Source: Chitinophaga pinensis | GTDB lineage: Bacteria > Bacteroidota > Bacteroidia > NS11-12g > UBA955 | DNA length: 64,000 nt | Direction: 5' to 3' | Assembly (NCBI GenBank): GCA_945888525.1 | Contig: CAMDAF010000001.1 | Coordinates: 160,059 to 224,058, forward strand | Shown: one piece after another, positions 9,791 to 19,108 of the stretch | Numbering within the stretch: the first letter of the stretch is position 1 | Layout of the letters: the number at the start of each line of letters is the position of its first letter | Position numbers and translations under genes: made by a program | The notes under the pieces: model-generated | Told to the model about the DNA's origin: nothing | The model's input: only the letters and a program-made list of their open reading frames with translations | The model's database searches: none

Positions 9791-11677
9791 ATGAAGGCAT
9801 TATTGCTCATATCGTCTATATTACTTGCACCTCTTTTGCATGCCACAAAAGATGGAGACACTTCTATTTGGAGAAATTTTGAACTTATCGCCAGCAAAGG
9901 GAATCTTAACTCTGGCTCTGTTAAAATCAATTTGCCTAGTGGTCAAGATGGCAGTCTGGCCGATGTGTTAAATAAAAACAGTGCTCTTTTTATTAAATAC
10001 TACAGTCCAGGGAGTTTGGCCAGTTCGTCAATGCGCGGAATGGGAGCTCAACACACAGCAATTTTATGGAATGGAATAAATCTCCAAAGTTGCATGAACA
10101 GTATACTCGACCTGAATCTTTTGCCTATTTTTTTTCTAGACAAAGCCTCGATTGAAACAGGCGCGAACGCCGCTTCTTGTGGAAATGGGGCAATTGCTGG
10201 TGCAATTATCCTCAACAATGAAATTAAAGAAAACCAGAGGGTTTATGGCGAAATTGGTGTTGGTAGTTTTGGACAATTCAATCTTGGTTTTGGCTCCAGT
10301 ATTAAATTGAATAAAATCTTTCTGAATACCCGATTTGTAAGCAGAAAAGCTGATAATGATTTCAAATATTATAATATTTTTAAACCAGACAAACCTAAAG
10401 AAAGACTTCAAAACAACCTGTTTATGCAACATGGTATTATGCAAGAAGCCTCGATAAGTCTAAACAGAAAACATTCATTTTATTTTAACTATTGGTACCT
10501 TGAATCTAAAAGACAACTGCCCTCTGCTATGGGCGTCTCTTTGTTGGCGCAAGAACATCAAGACGATTACAACACGATGGTGCTTTTAAAGCATGACTAT
10601 AAACTAAATCAGAAATCGAGCTTGTTGAATAAAATCGCCTATACCTCTGAAAATATAAATTATTTCAATTTGTTTTATCCAGACGCCTATAATGCTGCAA
10701 AATCCATAATTGTTGAATCGGAATTTAAAACACAATTAAACCGTTCGTTTGAGTTATTAACCTCCTTAAACAACACGCACCAAAAAGCTTGGACAGATGG
10801 ATACCGTTCAGGAATAGAGAGGAATTTAAGCTCTGTTTTTGCAAAATTAACTTGGGTCACTAAATCGCCCAAATTAAAGATTAGTATTGCCGATAGACAA
10901 TTGATTGCCAATTCAGTTTTAGCACCTGTAACCCCTGATTTTGGCGTTGAATTTCAAGCCTCTAAATCTTTAAAAATAAAAGGAAACTCAGCCTATAGCT
11001 TTAGGCTTCCTTCTTTTAACGATTTGTATTGGCAAGGTGGTGGGAATCTGAATTTATTGCCAGAAAAAGGCAAAAAACATGAGTTAAGTGTAGAATTAAA
11101 ATCTAAGAATTTTAAATTAGGGATGACCGGTTTTTACCACCAAGTTGATAATTGGATTTTATGGGTTCCCAGCGGTGGGGCTTCTTCATGGAAGGCCACA
11201 AATGCAAAGGAAATTGAAAGTAAAGGTTTTGAATTAGCCACAGAATGGAAGTATTTAATTAACAGCAATGCTTTTCTTAAATTCTTTGCACGCTACCAAT
11301 TTGTATCGAGTATTAACTCCGATGTATATGGCCCAGACAAATCTATTGTTGGCAAGCAATTGTTTTACACACCTCAACAAACTGGCATTGCCAATATTCA
11401 ATATCTATTTGGTAACAATAAAATCTCTTTAAGTTCTACATTTACCGGTAGTAGATATGCAACTGCAGACAACCACATAGATGGTTTGCTGCCTGCCTAC
11501 ACCTTGTTGAATTTTTCTGTAGCTAGAGATTTTTATTACAAATCTTTTAGGAGTTCCATTGAATTTACGGTCTGCAATCTATTAAACACCAACTATTATG
11601 TGTTTGAAAATAGACCTATGCCACTCAGAAATTATCAAATGACATTTAAATACAACATCAATTATGAACAAAAATAA
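9791..11677 (+). CDS. btuB: TonB-dependent outer membrane receptor, BtuB-like (riboswitch-controlled)
   Basis: 628 aa; signal peptide, plug-domain motifs, long Tyr/Asn/Gly-rich beta-barrel; sits directly downstream of the cobalamin riboswitch. Confidence 0.75.
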   Translation: MKALLLISSILLAPLLHATKDGDTSIWRNFELIASKGNLNSGSVKINLPSGQDGSLADVLNKNSALFIKYYSPGSLASSSMRGMGAQHTAILWNGINLQSCMNSILDLNLLPIFFLDKASIETGANAASCGNGAIAGAIILNNEIKENQRVYGEIGVGSFGQFNLGFGSSIKLNKIFLNTRFVSRKADNDFKYYNIFKPDKPKERLQNNLFMQHGIMQEASISLNRKHSFYFNYWYLESKRQLPSAMGVSLLAQEHQDDYNTMVLLKHDYKLNQKSSLLNKIAYTSENINYFNLFYPDAYNAAKSIIVESEFKTQLNRSFELLTSLNNTHQKAWTDGYRSGIERNLSSVFAKLTWVTKSPKLKISIADRQLIANSVLAPVTPDFGVEFQASKSLKIKGNSAYSFRLPSFNDLYWQGGGNLNLLPEKGKKHELSVELKSKNFKLGMTGFYHQVDNWILWVPSGGASSWKATNAKEIESKGFELATEWKYLINSNAFLKFFARYQFVSSINSDVYGPDKSIVGKQLFYTPQQTGIANIQYLFGNNKISLSSTFTGSRYATADNHIDGLLPAYTLLNFSVARDFYYKSFRSSIEFTVCNLLNTNYYVFENRPMPLRNYQMTFKYNINYEQK

Positions 11678-12695
11678 AATATGCAGTTTCATTGCAGTAG
11701 CGCTAATTGCTTTCTCATCTTGTAAGAAAGACCAAGACCTAAAGGTTGAAACAGAAAATTATAAAGGTGTCTTTGTTGTTAATGAAGGCGGATTTGGAAA
11801 ATCAAATGGAAGTATCGGCCTGTATAAACCTGGGTCAAGAACATATCTCGATGCTTTCAAAAAAGCCAATGGCTTGCCATTAGGCGATGTGGTACAATCT
11901 ATGTCTCTAATTGGGAACAATTTTTACATCGTTGTAAACAATTCAAATAAAATTGAGGTTGTGTCGCAAAGTGAATTCAAATCTGTGAGTACAATTTCAA
12001 CGCCTTCTCCAAGATATGTATTAGATGTATCCTACAACAAAGCTTATGTAAGTAACTTTTACTCCAATTCAATCAAAGTACTAGATCTAAACACTAATAG
12101 TATTTCAAAGTCCATTGAAATATCTCACAACAGCGACCAAATGGCGCTTATGAATAAAAAAGTTTATGTCACCACTTTTGACAATAAATTAATGGTTCTT
12201 AATTCGCTCAACGATGCTATAGTGGATTCAATCGCAACAGCGTCTGGATTAAGTAAAATTGTAAATATTGGGGCTTCAAGACTAGCGGTTCTTTGCACAG
12301 GGGTAGTCGATTGGAACAATGGCAGTGTCATCGAAAATGGAAAAATTCAAATCATCAATCTTGGAAATAGTATTGAAAGTTCGTTTAACTTAAGCTCTGG
12401 TAGTTATGGCGGATCAATGGTATACGTAAGCAACACAGCTCTATTGTATTTTTCTTTGGGAAACAATGTGATTTATAAAATGGATCTTTCAGGAAATATA
12501 TCTGAGTTTAAAACTTTAGAGGCTGGCAGAAACGTTTACAGCTTAACCTATAATTCATCCAATTCAAGTATCTACGTAACCGATGCAGGCGATTTTAACT
12601 CGGCTGGAAAAGTGATGGTATATGACCTTTCGGGAAATAAAACCTTAGAATTTGATGCCGGAATTGCGCCCAATGCGATTTTAATGAACGAATAA
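11664..12695 (+). CDS. Surface lipoprotein with a YncE/DUF5074-like beta-propeller; candidate BtuG-type B12-capturing lipoprotein
   Basis: 343 aa; lipobox (AFSSC), VFVVNEGGFG...NGS motif and repeated blade-like segments; position immediately after btuB, as for btuG in Bacteroidota; overlaps btuB by 14 nt. Confidence 0.5.
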   Translation: MNKNKICSFIAVALIAFSSCKKDQDLKVETENYKGVFVVNEGGFGKSNGSIGLYKPGSRTYLDAFKKANGLPLGDVVQSMSLIGNNFYIVVNNSNKIEVVSQSEFKSVSTISTPSPRYVLDVSYNKAYVSNFYSNSIKVLDLNTNSISKSIEISHNSDQMALMNKKVYVTTFDNKLMVLNSLNDAIVDSIATASGLSKIVNIGASRLAVLCTGVVDWNNGSVIENGKIQIINLGNSIESSFNLSSGSYGGSMVYVSNTALLYFSLGNNVIYKMDLSGNISEFKTLEAGRNVYSLTYNSSNSSIYVTDAGDFNSAGKVMVYDLSGNKTLEFDAGIAPNAILMNE

Positions 12696-13724
12696 TTGAA
12701 GTTCATTTATTGTGCTTTTTGTGTTTTATTCCTAACTGCTTGTAAACCAAATATACAACAGTTAACAATTGAACATCCTATATCTTTTGAAGAAATTGAC
12801 TATTCCAATATGTTTGGAATAGCGAATTTTGATTCTTATTCTCAATTGTTTTTCCTTGATGGAACTGATACCACATGGAGCATTAAAAGTTCTGATCTTC
12901 CTTCAAACCCAAAAATGGTCGTGCTGTCATCAGTTTTTGCTGGTTATGTTGAACTTTTAGAAAAACAAGATCAAATCATTGGCGTTGATAATTATAAATA
13001 TTACTGTGACAGTTTGTTGTTAAAAAGATTTGAGCAACAAAAAACCATAGAAATAGGTGAGGAGGGGCAGCTTAATTTGAGCAAGCTATTGCAGTTGAGG
13101 CCAGATGTTTTGATATGCAGTTCTTTTTCTTCACAAGACCAATCTTTAATTAAACGTTTAAAAAAGTCGGGTATTAAGCTTGTATTCTGCGATAATTTCA
13201 AAGAACAAAATCCTCTGGCCCGCGCAGAATGGATTAAACTATTTGGGTTTTTATTTAACTGCCAAAGCAAAGCCGATAGTTTGTTTGACGGTATAGCGAA
13301 TAGGTATGAAAAACAAATTTCAATTAATAGAGCAAAGTCGTTAAAGCCTCTTGTTTTAACGGATGCCCTTTATTCGGATGTTTGGAATGTTCCGGGTGGC
13401 AATAGTTATACTGCTAAATTAATAGAAGATGCGAATGGCACCTATGTTTTTAAAAATAAAAACGAGTTGTTTTCTTATCCTTTAAGTCTTGAACTTGTGC
13501 TCAAAGCGTCTGAAAATTGCGATATTTGGCTTCATGTAAACCAATATAAAACCAAAGAAGAACTTTTCAAAGCCAATAACAGGTACGCGTTACTAAATGT
13601 GTTCAAACAATCTCGAATTTTCAACAACAACAAAAGGGAAAATAGGTTTGGAGGCAATGGTTTTTGGGAAATAGGGGTCGTTAGGCCTGATTTAGTGCTT
13701 AAAGATTTGATCTCAATTTTTTAA
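12696..13724 (+). CDS. Periplasmic binding protein (class III, BtuF/FhuD-like) lipoprotein
   Basis: 342 aa; lipobox (LTAC); KMVVLSSVFAGYVELL...IIGVD...LRPDVLICS pattern of Peripla_BP_2 cobalamin/siderophore-binding proteins; starts 1 nt after the upstream stop. Confidence 0.6.
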   Translation: MKFIYCAFCVLFLTACKPNIQQLTIEHPISFEEIDYSNMFGIANFDSYSQLFFLDGTDTTWSIKSSDLPSNPKMVVLSSVFAGYVELLEKQDQIIGVDNYKYYCDSLLLKRFEQQKTIEIGEEGQLNLSKLLQLRPDVLICSSFSSQDQSLIKRLKKSGIKLVFCDNFKEQNPLARAEWIKLFGFLFNCQSKADSLFDGIANRYEKQISINRAKSLKPLVLTDALYSDVWNVPGGNSYTAKLIEDANGTYVFKNKNELFSYPLSLELVLKASENCDIWLHVNQYKTKEELFKANNRYALLNVFKQSRIFNNNKRENRFGGNGFWEIGVVRPDLVLKDLISIF

Positions 13725-13790
13725 AATTCAAATATTTCTGATGAGAAATTTTATTTTTATACCCGCGTCGATTAGATTTGCATTTTAATC

Positions 13791-15185
13791 GTGCTGTTTA
13801 ACTCCTGGATATTTTTTCTGTTCCTTCCGCTGGTCTTTGCAGCAGTTTACTCTATTCCTCAAAAGTATAGATGGATTGTCCTTCTTGTTGCATCTTACAT
13901 TTTTTATGGTTGGTGGAAAGCAGAATTTCTTTTAATCATTGCTTTCTCAACCGTATTGGATTATTTCTGTGCACTGAAAATTGAAGACTCCCCCAATCAA
14001 TTTATAAGAAAAAGATGGCTAACTCTAAGTTTAGGTATTAACCTTGGTATACTGTTTTTATTCAAGTATTTTTATTTCTTCATCGGCAGTACCTCATGGA
14101 TGCAAGATCTAGTTAGTCCGCACCAAACACTAAAAGGCCTTCTCGATTTTTTGGGTAAGTCGCTGCCAGTTGGTATTTCATTCTATACCTTCCAAACCAT
14201 GAGTTACACACTGGATGTTTATTACAAAAGGGCCAAACCAGAGAGGCATCTTGGGCAGTTTGCACTTTTTGTGTCGTATTTTCCACAACTGGTAGCTGGA
14301 CCTATTGAACGTTTTAAGCATCTAAATGAGCAATTGAAAGTTGAGCATAAATTAGTATATAAAAATTTGCAGTTAGGCTTTAGACTTATGCTTTACGGTT
14401 TTTTTGTAAAAATGGTTATAGCCGACAATCTTTCTTATACCGTTAGCTCTATTTTTAACGACCCTGGTAAGTGGAAATATTACTGGAATATCATTGGTGT
14501 TTTGAGCTTTGGTTTTCAAATTTACGCCGACTTCTTTGGTTATTCATTAATTGCCCAAGGTGTAGCAAAATTATTTGGCATTGAATTAATGGACAATTTT
14601 AACCGTCCTTACCTCTCTGCTAATATTAGTGAATTTTGGAAACGCTGGCATATTTCTTTGAGTACCTGGTTTCGCGATTATGTATACATTCCATTGGGTG
14701 GAAATAGAGTGTCTCACTCTAAATGGATACTAAACATTATGTTGGTTTTTGTTTTGAGTGGATTATGGCATGGTGCCAATTACACCTTCTTGATTTGGGG
14801 CACTTTGCATGGTGTCTTTTATCTTGTTGAACGTTTCTTCCCATTCTCATTGAAATTTAAATGCTTAAATGTATTGATTACATTTTTTGCAGTATCTTTT
14901 GCTTGGATATTCTTTAGAGCCGAAAATTTAGAACAGGCAATTCAAGTAATAAATGGTTTGCTTGGTGGTCTAGACGGACAAAGGCACTTGGATACACAGC
15001 CCTATATTTTCCTATTGTTATTGATTTTTGGAGTTTTAGAATTAGCCCGGGGAAACAAACGCTTCGATCAATTTTGTGCCTCTTATTCTGGCATTCAACG
15101 GTGGACGCTCTATTGCTTTTTAATCTTTTGTATTCTCACCGTTTGTGGTTCAGAATACAGTGCTTTTATTTATTTTAAATTCTAA
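13791..15185 (+). CDS. MBOAT-family membrane O-acyltransferase (AlgI/DltB/PatA-like)
   Basis: 464 aa polytopic; N-terminal MLFNS..F..F.P.....Y.......R......AS..FYGWW... and the conserved His in [24 protein letters not shown]. Confidence 0.85.
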   Translation: [464 protein letters not shown]

Positions 15186-16210
15186 TGGAAGTAAACATCA
15201 AACATATAAGCTTTAAAGTATTGGCCTTGGCATTGACGGTTTCAATAAGCGCTTTTGTTTACAAAAAAATATATTGGGTTCCTGAGCTCAAAGACCAAGG
15301 TCCAATGTTGTTTAACCTCCTGGAATTTGAATGGCACAATGATGTTTTATATCTTGGAGAGTCTTCAAACTATTGGATTGCACCTGAAGACCAAGACAAA
15401 CGAACCATAAGCGACATGATCAATGACAGTTTGCCAGGCTTTAGATTAAGTGGAATGCAGGTTCCTGCTTACCATGCAGGCATGTTTCTTCCAATTGTAA
15501 ATATGATTGATCCTGCAAGCAGAGTAAAGCATTTGGTTGTTACGATGAATCTAAGGTCATTCGACAAGCCGTGGATATTGTCTACCCAAGAAGGTGCTTT
15601 GATGCGTGCAAAATGTTTCTATTACAACAGCAATCCAATTTACAATAGAATGTGCGCTGCCCTGGGCTACTATGAAAATCCTAGTGCTGAGTCGCAAGAC
15701 AAGAAAATGCTAGAAGCCTTTGAATTCGATACGTTGAAAGTTGATTTTCCATTGCAATTTAAGACCATCAAACGTTGGTGCGAGCAAGAGAAATTTCCAT
15801 TGCCACAAGGGGGTGAAGATTTTCCTAAAAGAGAGTTGGCCGACCATTACATCAAAGCGTATGCCTTTCAAATCGATACCAATACCAATCCAAGAATTAA
15901 AGATTTTGATGCCATCGTAAAGGTTTGCAAACAAAAAAACATCAAATTGTATTTTAATCTAATGGCTGAAAATATTGAATGGGCAGACAGTTTGGTCGGT
16001 AAAGAATTGGTCTATTTTATGAAAGCTAACCGAGATTTGTTGCTTGCCCGTTATAGCAGCATGGGTGTTGTAATGGTCGATAATTTAGAATCTGTTCCTG
16101 GTGGGTATTTCGGTGAAAAGAATTGGACGACCGAGCATTACAATCAATTTGGACGTCTGATTGTTGCTAGGAATGTCGCAAATTCATTAAAGAAAAATCT
16201 AAAACGTTAA
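15185..16210 (+). CDS. Membrane-anchored partner protein of the MBOAT (AlgJ/DltD/PatB-like, SGNH-like fold suspected)
   Basis: 341 aa; single N-terminal TM anchor; GESS (GDS-like) motif near the N-terminus and a TEHY motif near the C-terminus resembling the AlgJ DTHW motif; start overlaps the MBOAT stop (TAATG). Confidence 0.35.
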   Translation: MEVNIKHISFKVLALALTVSISAFVYKKIYWVPELKDQGPMLFNLLEFEWHNDVLYLGESSNYWIAPEDQDKRTISDMINDSLPGFRLSGMQVPAYHAGMFLPIVNMIDPASRVKHLVVTMNLRSFDKPWILSTQEGALMRAKCFYYNSNPIYNRMCAALGYYENPSAESQDKKMLEAFEFDTLKVDFPLQFKTIKRWCEQEKFPLPQGGEDFPKRELADHYIKAYAFQIDTNTNPRIKDFDAIVKVCKQKNIKLYFNLMAENIEWADSLVGKELVYFMKANRDLLLARYSSMGVVMVDNLESVPGGYFGEKNWTTEHYNQFGRLIVARNVANSLKKNLKR

Positions 16211-16328
16211 CTCTTTGTTATCTTATTATGATGCATATCATATTTGTTTAGAATTATTCTAAATAAGTTTTTTTATTAAATTTTTTAGTGATAACATTGC
16301 AGCCTTATTTAAATCGATTCTAAATTAG

Positions 16329-18527
16329 ATGCAAAAAATATATTTTCTAAGCGTTTTATTATTGCTTCACATAGCCGGCTATGCACAAAATTCAAGCTTA
16401 CCTATTCAAAATGAGGATTCCAGTATAAACGATATAAACTCGGTTATCGTTCGTTCAAAAAGTGATGGGTTATTTAAAAGTATAGCAGGTTCAGTCGCAA
16501 CCTTGTCGATGGCCGAAATTAAAAGATCTAACCCAATTTCCGCAAATGAAATGTTTAGAAAGATTTCTGGTGTTCATGTTGTGGATGAGGAGGGTGCTGG
16601 CATGCGCATAAATATAGGCATGCGCGGTATGGATCCAGATCGAAGCAGAGGTGTATTGGTTTTAGAAGACGGAATACCTGTTTCTTTAAATCCTTATGGC
16701 GAACCAGAGATGTATTACAGTCCTGTAATAGATCGAATGTCTGGACTAGAAGTCTTGAAAGGCAGTGGTCAAATTATGTTCGGACCACAAACGATAGGGG
16801 GTGTGGTAAATTACATTACAATGAACCCTACACCAAAACAATCATTGCGATTTAAGCTCGGCATCGGTGAGGGTGGATTTAAGTCTACTTTGCTTAATTA
16901 CAGCAATTCATTTGAGAAATTAGGCATTGTTGCAACATTATTGCACAAACAGGCAGATAAATTAGGCTATGCAAAATTTGGAATAACAGATTTTAGCACA
17001 AAATTAGTCTACGATTTCAACAGGAATACCAAACTCATAGTAAAAATTGGCTTGTATAATGAATTGTCAAATTCTACATATATTGGTTTAACACAAACCA
17101 TGTATGACCAAGGTGGGCAAGATTTTGTTTTGATGGCGCCCGACGACCGTTTAGACATTAAAAGGTATTCTTTAAGCGCTTCCTTTAACAAAAATATAAG
17201 TAAAAAACTTAAGTTCAATACCACAATTTATGGATACACAACCAGTAGAAATTGGCAAAGACAAGATTTTTCATCAAGCAAAACAGCTTCAAAACTAACA
17301 GGTGTTATATGGGGCGATAGCAGTTTGCCAAATGGAGCTGTATTTATGCGAAACTCAAATGCCCATCGAAATAGGCAATTTGAGGTTTTAGGTTCTGAAT
17401 CAAAACTTTTATATCTATACCAGTTGTGGAATGTAAAATCAGAACTAAATGTAGGTGTGAGATACCTTTTTGAAAGGGCTATTGAACAAAGGCTAAATGG
17501 AAAGAAACTTGACTCTAGAACTGGAGATTTGGTAGAAGATGAGATTAGAACAGGTAATGCTTTTAGTGCATATGCACAGAACAAAATGAATTTATCAAAA
17601 AAGTTCATACTTTCATTTGGCCTAAGATTAGAATCTTACAACTACCAAAGGAACATATTTAGAAATACGTTTTTAATTAACAATGTTTCTAAATTGCTTG
17701 ACACAAATCTATTGGCCAGCAATGAAATATTAACACTTATTCCGGGTGCAGGAATTAATTATCAAATGTCTAAGAATTTGACAGTATTTGGTGGTATTCA
17801 CAAAGGCTATGCACCACCGAGGGTAAAAGATGCCATTACCAGTTCAGGTCAAGTTTATCAATTGGATGCGGAAAGCAGTTGGAATTATGAGTTGGGATTG
17901 AGAGGTGCGTTTAAAAAGGTTTTGTCCTATGAATTTACAGGGTTTTATATGGATTTTAGCAATCAAATTATACCTGTCTCCGAGTCTTCAGGTGGCACTG
18001 GTGCAGGACTGATAAATGGCGGTGAAACCATACACAAGGGCCTCGAATTGTCCTATAATGTAAAATTATCTGATTGGTTTAAAACAAAATCTAAAATCGT
18101 TTTTAGCAACAACATAACATATGTTAAAGCATACTTTTCTGAGGATAGATATGTAAAAGATGGTACCGTAAATGTCAATATAAATGGCAATAAAACACCT
18201 TACGCTCCTGGATATTATCTCAACTATGCTTTGAATTATGAAACAAAATTTAATTTAGGATTCCTTTTTAGTGCCAACTATACCGGTAGCCAATTTGGTG
18301 ATGTGCTCAATACTGAATTGCCGTCTTTGGATGGCAGAATTGGCAAAATTAAAGACTATTCGGTATACGATTGCAACCTCTATTATAATGCAAGTAAATT
18401 AAAAACAACCTTTAGCTTTACCATTAAAAATATCTTTGACGAACGTTATATCGTTTCTAGAAGACCTCAAGGCATAAGGGTTGGCCTACCAAGGTACTTT
18501 ATGGGTACTATTCAGATTGACTTGTAA
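16329..18527 (+). CDS. TonB-dependent outer membrane receptor
   Basis: 732 aa; signal peptide, plug-domain motifs (ATLSMAEIKRSNPISANEMFRKISGV, VLEDGIPVS), long beta-barrel. Confidence 0.8.
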   Translation: MQKIYFLSVLLLLHIAGYAQNSSLPIQNEDSSINDINSVIVRSKSDGLFKSIAGSVATLSMAEIKRSNPISANEMFRKISGVHVVDEEGAGMRINIGMRGMDPDRSRGVLVLEDGIPVSLNPYGEPEMYYSPVIDRMSGLEVLKGSGQIMFGPQTIGGVVNYITMNPTPKQSLRFKLGIGEGGFKSTLLNYSNSFEKLGIVATLLHKQADKLGYAKFGITDFSTKLVYDFNRNTKLIVKIGLYNELSNSTYIGLTQTMYDQGGQDFVLMAPDDRLDIKRYSLSASFNKNISKKLKFNTTIYGYTTSRNWQRQDFSSSKTASKLTGVIWGDSSLPNGAVFMRNSNAHRNRQFEVLGSESKLLYLYQLWNVKSELNVGVRYLFERAIEQRLNGKKLDSRTGDLVEDEIRTGNAFSAYAQNKMNLSKKFILSFGLRLESYNYQRNIFRNTFLINNVSKLLDTNLLASNEILTLIPGAGINYQMSKNLTVFGGIHKGYAPPRVKDAITSSGQVYQLDAESSWNYELGLRGAFKKVLSYEFTGFYMDFSNQIIPVSESSGGTGAGLINGGETIHKGLELSYNVKLSDWFKTKSKIVFSNNITYVKAYFSEDRYVKDGTVNVNINGNKTPYAPGYYLNYALNYETKFNLGFLFSANYTGSQFGDVLNTELPSLDGRIGKIKDYSVYDCNLYYNASKLKTTFSFTIKNIFDERYIVSRRPQGIRVGLPRYFMGTIQIDL

Positions 18528-19108
18528 TGTTTTGTTGGTTTAAATCTTTTTTAACTAATATTGCTTTAGTGAAAAAGTTCATTTTATATTCTGTTTTTTT
18601 TACTGCAATAAGTTGTGCTCTATTTGCATGCAATCAAGCATCTTCATTTACATTGTTGTCGGGTACAAAAATCACTTTGAATTCAAAATTGTGTGTTTAT
18701 ATTTTTCTAAATTCAGAATGTCCCATTTGTCAAAAATACCAAGGGACTTTTAAGTCAATGGAATTAGATAGTGTGCAAGTTTACTATGTTTTTCCAGGTT
18801 TACAAAGCAAAGAAATGATCAAAGAAATGTGTGAATTTGATTCTATCAGTTTTAACCGTGTTATCCTAGACTCAGATTATAGATTAACCAAACAATTGAA
18901 AGCGCATACGACTCCGGAGGCAATCATCATAAAGGACAATAAAACATATTACAGTGGTTTGATTGACGACCGTTTCACCTCAATTGGTACATCAAAATCA
19001 AGTGCAAGTATAAATTATATTGAGAATGCACTAAATTCGCTGCATAAAAATGAAGCCATTAAAATACCATATACCAAAGCTGTTGGTTGTTTTATTGAGC
19101 CTAATTAG
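18527..19108 (+). CDS. TlpA-like thioredoxin-fold thiol-disulfide oxidoreductase (membrane-anchored or lipoprotein)
   Basis: 193 aa; N-terminal hydrophobic anchor; CPIC (CxxC) redox motif; C-terminal TPEAIIIKDNKTYYSGLIDD resembling the TlpA/ResA signature; start overlaps the TBDR stop (TAATG). Confidence 0.5.
   Translation: MFCWFKSFLTNIALVKKFILYSVFFTAISCALFACNQASSFTLLSGTKITLNSKLCVYIFLNSECPICQKYQGTFKSMELDSVQVYYVFPGLQSKEMIKEMCEFDSISFNRVILDSDYRLTKQLKAHTTPEAIIIKDNKTYYSGLIDDRFTSIGTSKSSASINYIENALNSLHKNEAIKIPYTKAVGCFIEPN

Noticed and set aside
9703-9930. 75-aa minus-strand ORF overlapping the cobalamin riboswitch and the btuB start
   Set aside because: It is antisense to a strongly supported riboswitch plus signal-peptide region and has no coding features
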